Below the pieces are notes generated by a model, which made no database searches, had not been told where the DNA came from, and was given only the letters and a program-made list of their open reading frames with translations. From assembly GCF_003610015.1 (NCBI RefSeq), contig NZ_AP018933.1, positions 1,924,035-1,956,034 on the forward strand: a stretch of DNA of 32,000 nucleotides, written 5' to 3'. This DNA comes from Zymobacter palmae (GTDB lineage Bacteria; Pseudomonadota; Gammaproteobacteria; Pseudomonadales; Halomonadaceae). The position numbers and the translations under genes were made by a program. Below are positions 30,470 through 32,000 of the stretch, piece by piece; position 1 is the first letter of the stretch; each line of letters starts with the position of its first letter.

Positions 30470-31106
30470 GGTGCCCTCCCTGTCCGTCCAGACACACGCA
30501 AAGATCGGGTTTAAGCTCGACGAGCGGTTGATGAGAGGTCAGCACGACGGCACCGCCCCGCTCACAGTGCGCACGAATCCACGTTTCAAGCTGGAGCACG
30601 CCGCTCTGATCGACCGCCGTGAACGGCTCGTCCAACAGCCACAACGGAACCTCGCGCAGGTGGAGCCGCGCCAACGCCACGCGGCGCTGCTGTCCCGCCG
30701 ACAGCTGCCCTACCGGCAGATCAGCGAAGGCTACCAGGCCAACAGCATCCAATGCTCGCCAGCAACGCTCATCAAGATCAGAGGTGGGATAGCCCGATAG
30801 TCCCCAGAACGCCTGCAGATTCTCGATCGGCGTCAGCGCCATCTTCACGCCCGTACGATGACCGAGATAAACAAGCGCAGCGGCATAGGCATGACGCGCT
30901 TTCTCAATCGGTGTGCCTTGCCAACATACCCCACCATCATAATCGGAAATAAGACCGCACAGTACGCGCAGCAATGTCGTCTTGCCACTGCCGTTGGGCC
31001 CTTCGATGCGGCATAGCTGCCCCGTCCCGACGGTCAACGTCAGATCTTTGAACAGTGCCCGCTCATCGCGCATCACACCAAGCGCACAGGCAGAGAGATG
31101 AACCAC
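30456..31106 (-). CDS. ccmA: Heme ABC exporter ATP-binding protein CcmA, 216 aa
   Basis: The translation has Walker A GPNGSGKTTLL, the signature LSAGQQRRVALARL and Walker B LWLLDEPFTAVD. The start is assigned to the GTG at 31106 because the SD gaaggag (31120-31114) lies 7 nt upstream. The track ATG at 31148 has no usable SD spacing and sits inside a hairpin. Confidence 0.9.
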   Translation of the reverse strand: MVHLSACALGVMRDERALFKDLTLTVGTGQLCRIEGPNGSGKTTLLRVLCGLISDYDGGVCWQGTPIEKARHAYAAALVYLGHRTGVKMALTPIENLQAFWGLSGYPTSDLDERCWRALDAVGLVAFADLPVGQLSAGQQRRVALARLHLREVPLWLLDEPFTAVDQSGVLQLETWIRAHCERGGAVVLTSHQPLVELKPDLCVCLDGQGGHRVVT

Positions 31107-31139
31107 GGACCGACTCCTTCGATACCCTGGACCTAGAGA

Positions 31140-31159
31140 GGCTTGCATCCTTGCAAGCC
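31140..31159 (-). other. 8-bp stem / 4-nt loop hairpin in the ccmA 5' region
   Basis: ggcttgca (31140-31147) and tgcaagcc (31152-31159) are exact reverse complements. The ORF-track ATG (31148-31146) lies at the stem-loop junction. Confidence 0.4.
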
Positions 31160-31430
31160 GTCATAATGTAGACACTATGGTACACAGACAGCGCACGAGC
31201 TAAAATTACCAAAAGGTAACTGTGTAACTGCATCCATACTGCTTCCCATAATGACAACACTGCCACAGGAAGCAAATCAACTGTACGTTCATCGGCTTGC
31301 GCCTCTTCCCAGCAACCGGAAGGTCAATCCATGTTACTATAAACCTTCTCAACGGCAGCTATATTGACAGGCTGTCATGCACTTTCTGGCGTGAAGGACA
31401 TGCCTTCACGCGCTGGTTCAGGCGATCTCC

Positions 31431-32000
31431 ATGTCTGCATCAACACACGGCCCCACATGCTTCAAGGTTCCCGTCGCCACACTGGACGAGCCCCATACCC
31501 ATGAAATCGAAGTGACCAAGAGCCGCTTCATCACGTGGATCGCGCGCTGCAGCACGCCAGATGATGCCCATCTGCTGCTTGAGCTAGCACGTGACGCCTA
31601 TCCCGATGCACGCCATCACTGTCCCGCCTTTATTGCTGGCCCTCCCGGCGAGCAGGTCGACATCGGCTTTTCCGACGATGGCGAACCAGGCGGCACGGCC
31701 GGACGCCCGATGTTCCAGGCCATCGACGGCAGCGGACTGGGAGAAATCGGTTGCGTCGTCATTCGCTATTTCGGGGGGATCAAGCTCGGCACAGGCGGAC
31801 TCGTACGCGCCTATACCAAGGCCGTTCTGCAGGCACTGGACACCCTGCCCACCGAGGAATACGTCGTACGCCTCAGCCTCACCTTGTGCGTCGATTTCAG
31901 TGACGAACACTCGGCGCGCTATTGGTGTGAACAGCAAGGCGGCCAAATCAGCGGCGTCGACTACGGCGCGGACGGCGTACAGCTCGCGCTGGCATGGCCG
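31431..32000 (+). CDS. yigZ: IMPACT/YigZ-family (UPF0029) protein, N-terminal 190 codons; the 3' end runs off the window
   Basis: The reading from the ATG at 31431 stays open to the window end. The translation contains KSRFITWIA, ARHHCPAFIAG, the family signature DDGEPGGTAGRPM and VVIRYFGGIKLGTGGLVRAY. The ATG is the first start after an in-frame stop at 31392. It is absent from the ORF track because there is no stop in the window. Confidence 0.8.
   Translation, partial: MSASTHGPTCFKVPVATLDEPHTHEIEVTKSRFITWIARCSTPDDAHLLLELARDAYPDARHHCPAFIAGPPGEQVDIGFSDDGEPGGTAGRPMFQAIDGSGLGEIGCVVIRYFGGIKLGTGGLVRAYTKAVLQALDTLPTEEYVVRLSLTLCVDFSDEHSARYWCEQQGGQISGVDYGADGVQLALAWP

Noticed and set aside
31063-31275. 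70-aa minus-strand ORF, and the 31297-31515 plus-strand ORF, in the ccmA-yigZ spacer
   Set aside because: The first overlaps the ccmA 5' end out of frame. The second overlaps the YigZ-family start out of frame. Neither has an SD or a motif, and both are explained by neighbouring real genes.

Overview
High-GC chromosomal segment with gammaproteobacterial core-gene synteny. An Oceanospirillales/Halomonadaceae-like origin is an inference from gene order and the very acidic ZipA, not a database result. Left to right: guaA (partial) and guaB on the minus strand, divergent xseA, then a minus-strand GlrK/QseE-like sensor kinase plus QseG-like lipoprotein and argA. These are followed by a CYTH-domain gene, minus-strand rnm(yciV)-yciO, divergent yciB-yciI, and mnmC. 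Next comes a short non-core islet holding a degenerate tandem repeat and a frameshifted enolase-superfamily (galactonate/mannonate dehydratase-like) pseudogene. A 14.8-kb co-directional minus-strand array follows: ccmABCDEFGHI-smc-zipA-ligA-yheU. The window ends with a partial IMPACT/YigZ-family gene. I found no tRNA, rRNA, CRISPR array, IS element, transposase, integrase or recognisable defence or toxin gene. I also found no convincing novel multi-gene system, so this window is mostly ordinary housekeeping DNA. The observations most worth a second look are listed here.
- The GlrK-QseG pair lacks the sigma54 response regulator that normally follows it.
- A head-to-head DnaA-box pair sits in the yciI-mnmC spacer.
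- The 14.6-16.3 kb islet has an 80/111-bp tandem duplication and a pseudogene broken at G8 and G13 runs plus a third frameshift.
- ZipA carries a greatly expanded acidic and charged linker.
- Several GC-rich intercistronic hairpins lack U-tracts.
Several ORF-track starts look too far upstream, and corrected starts supported by Shine-Dalgarno sequences or family N-termini are given. All family assignments rest on reading the translations against remembered family sequences and motifs. No searches were run.
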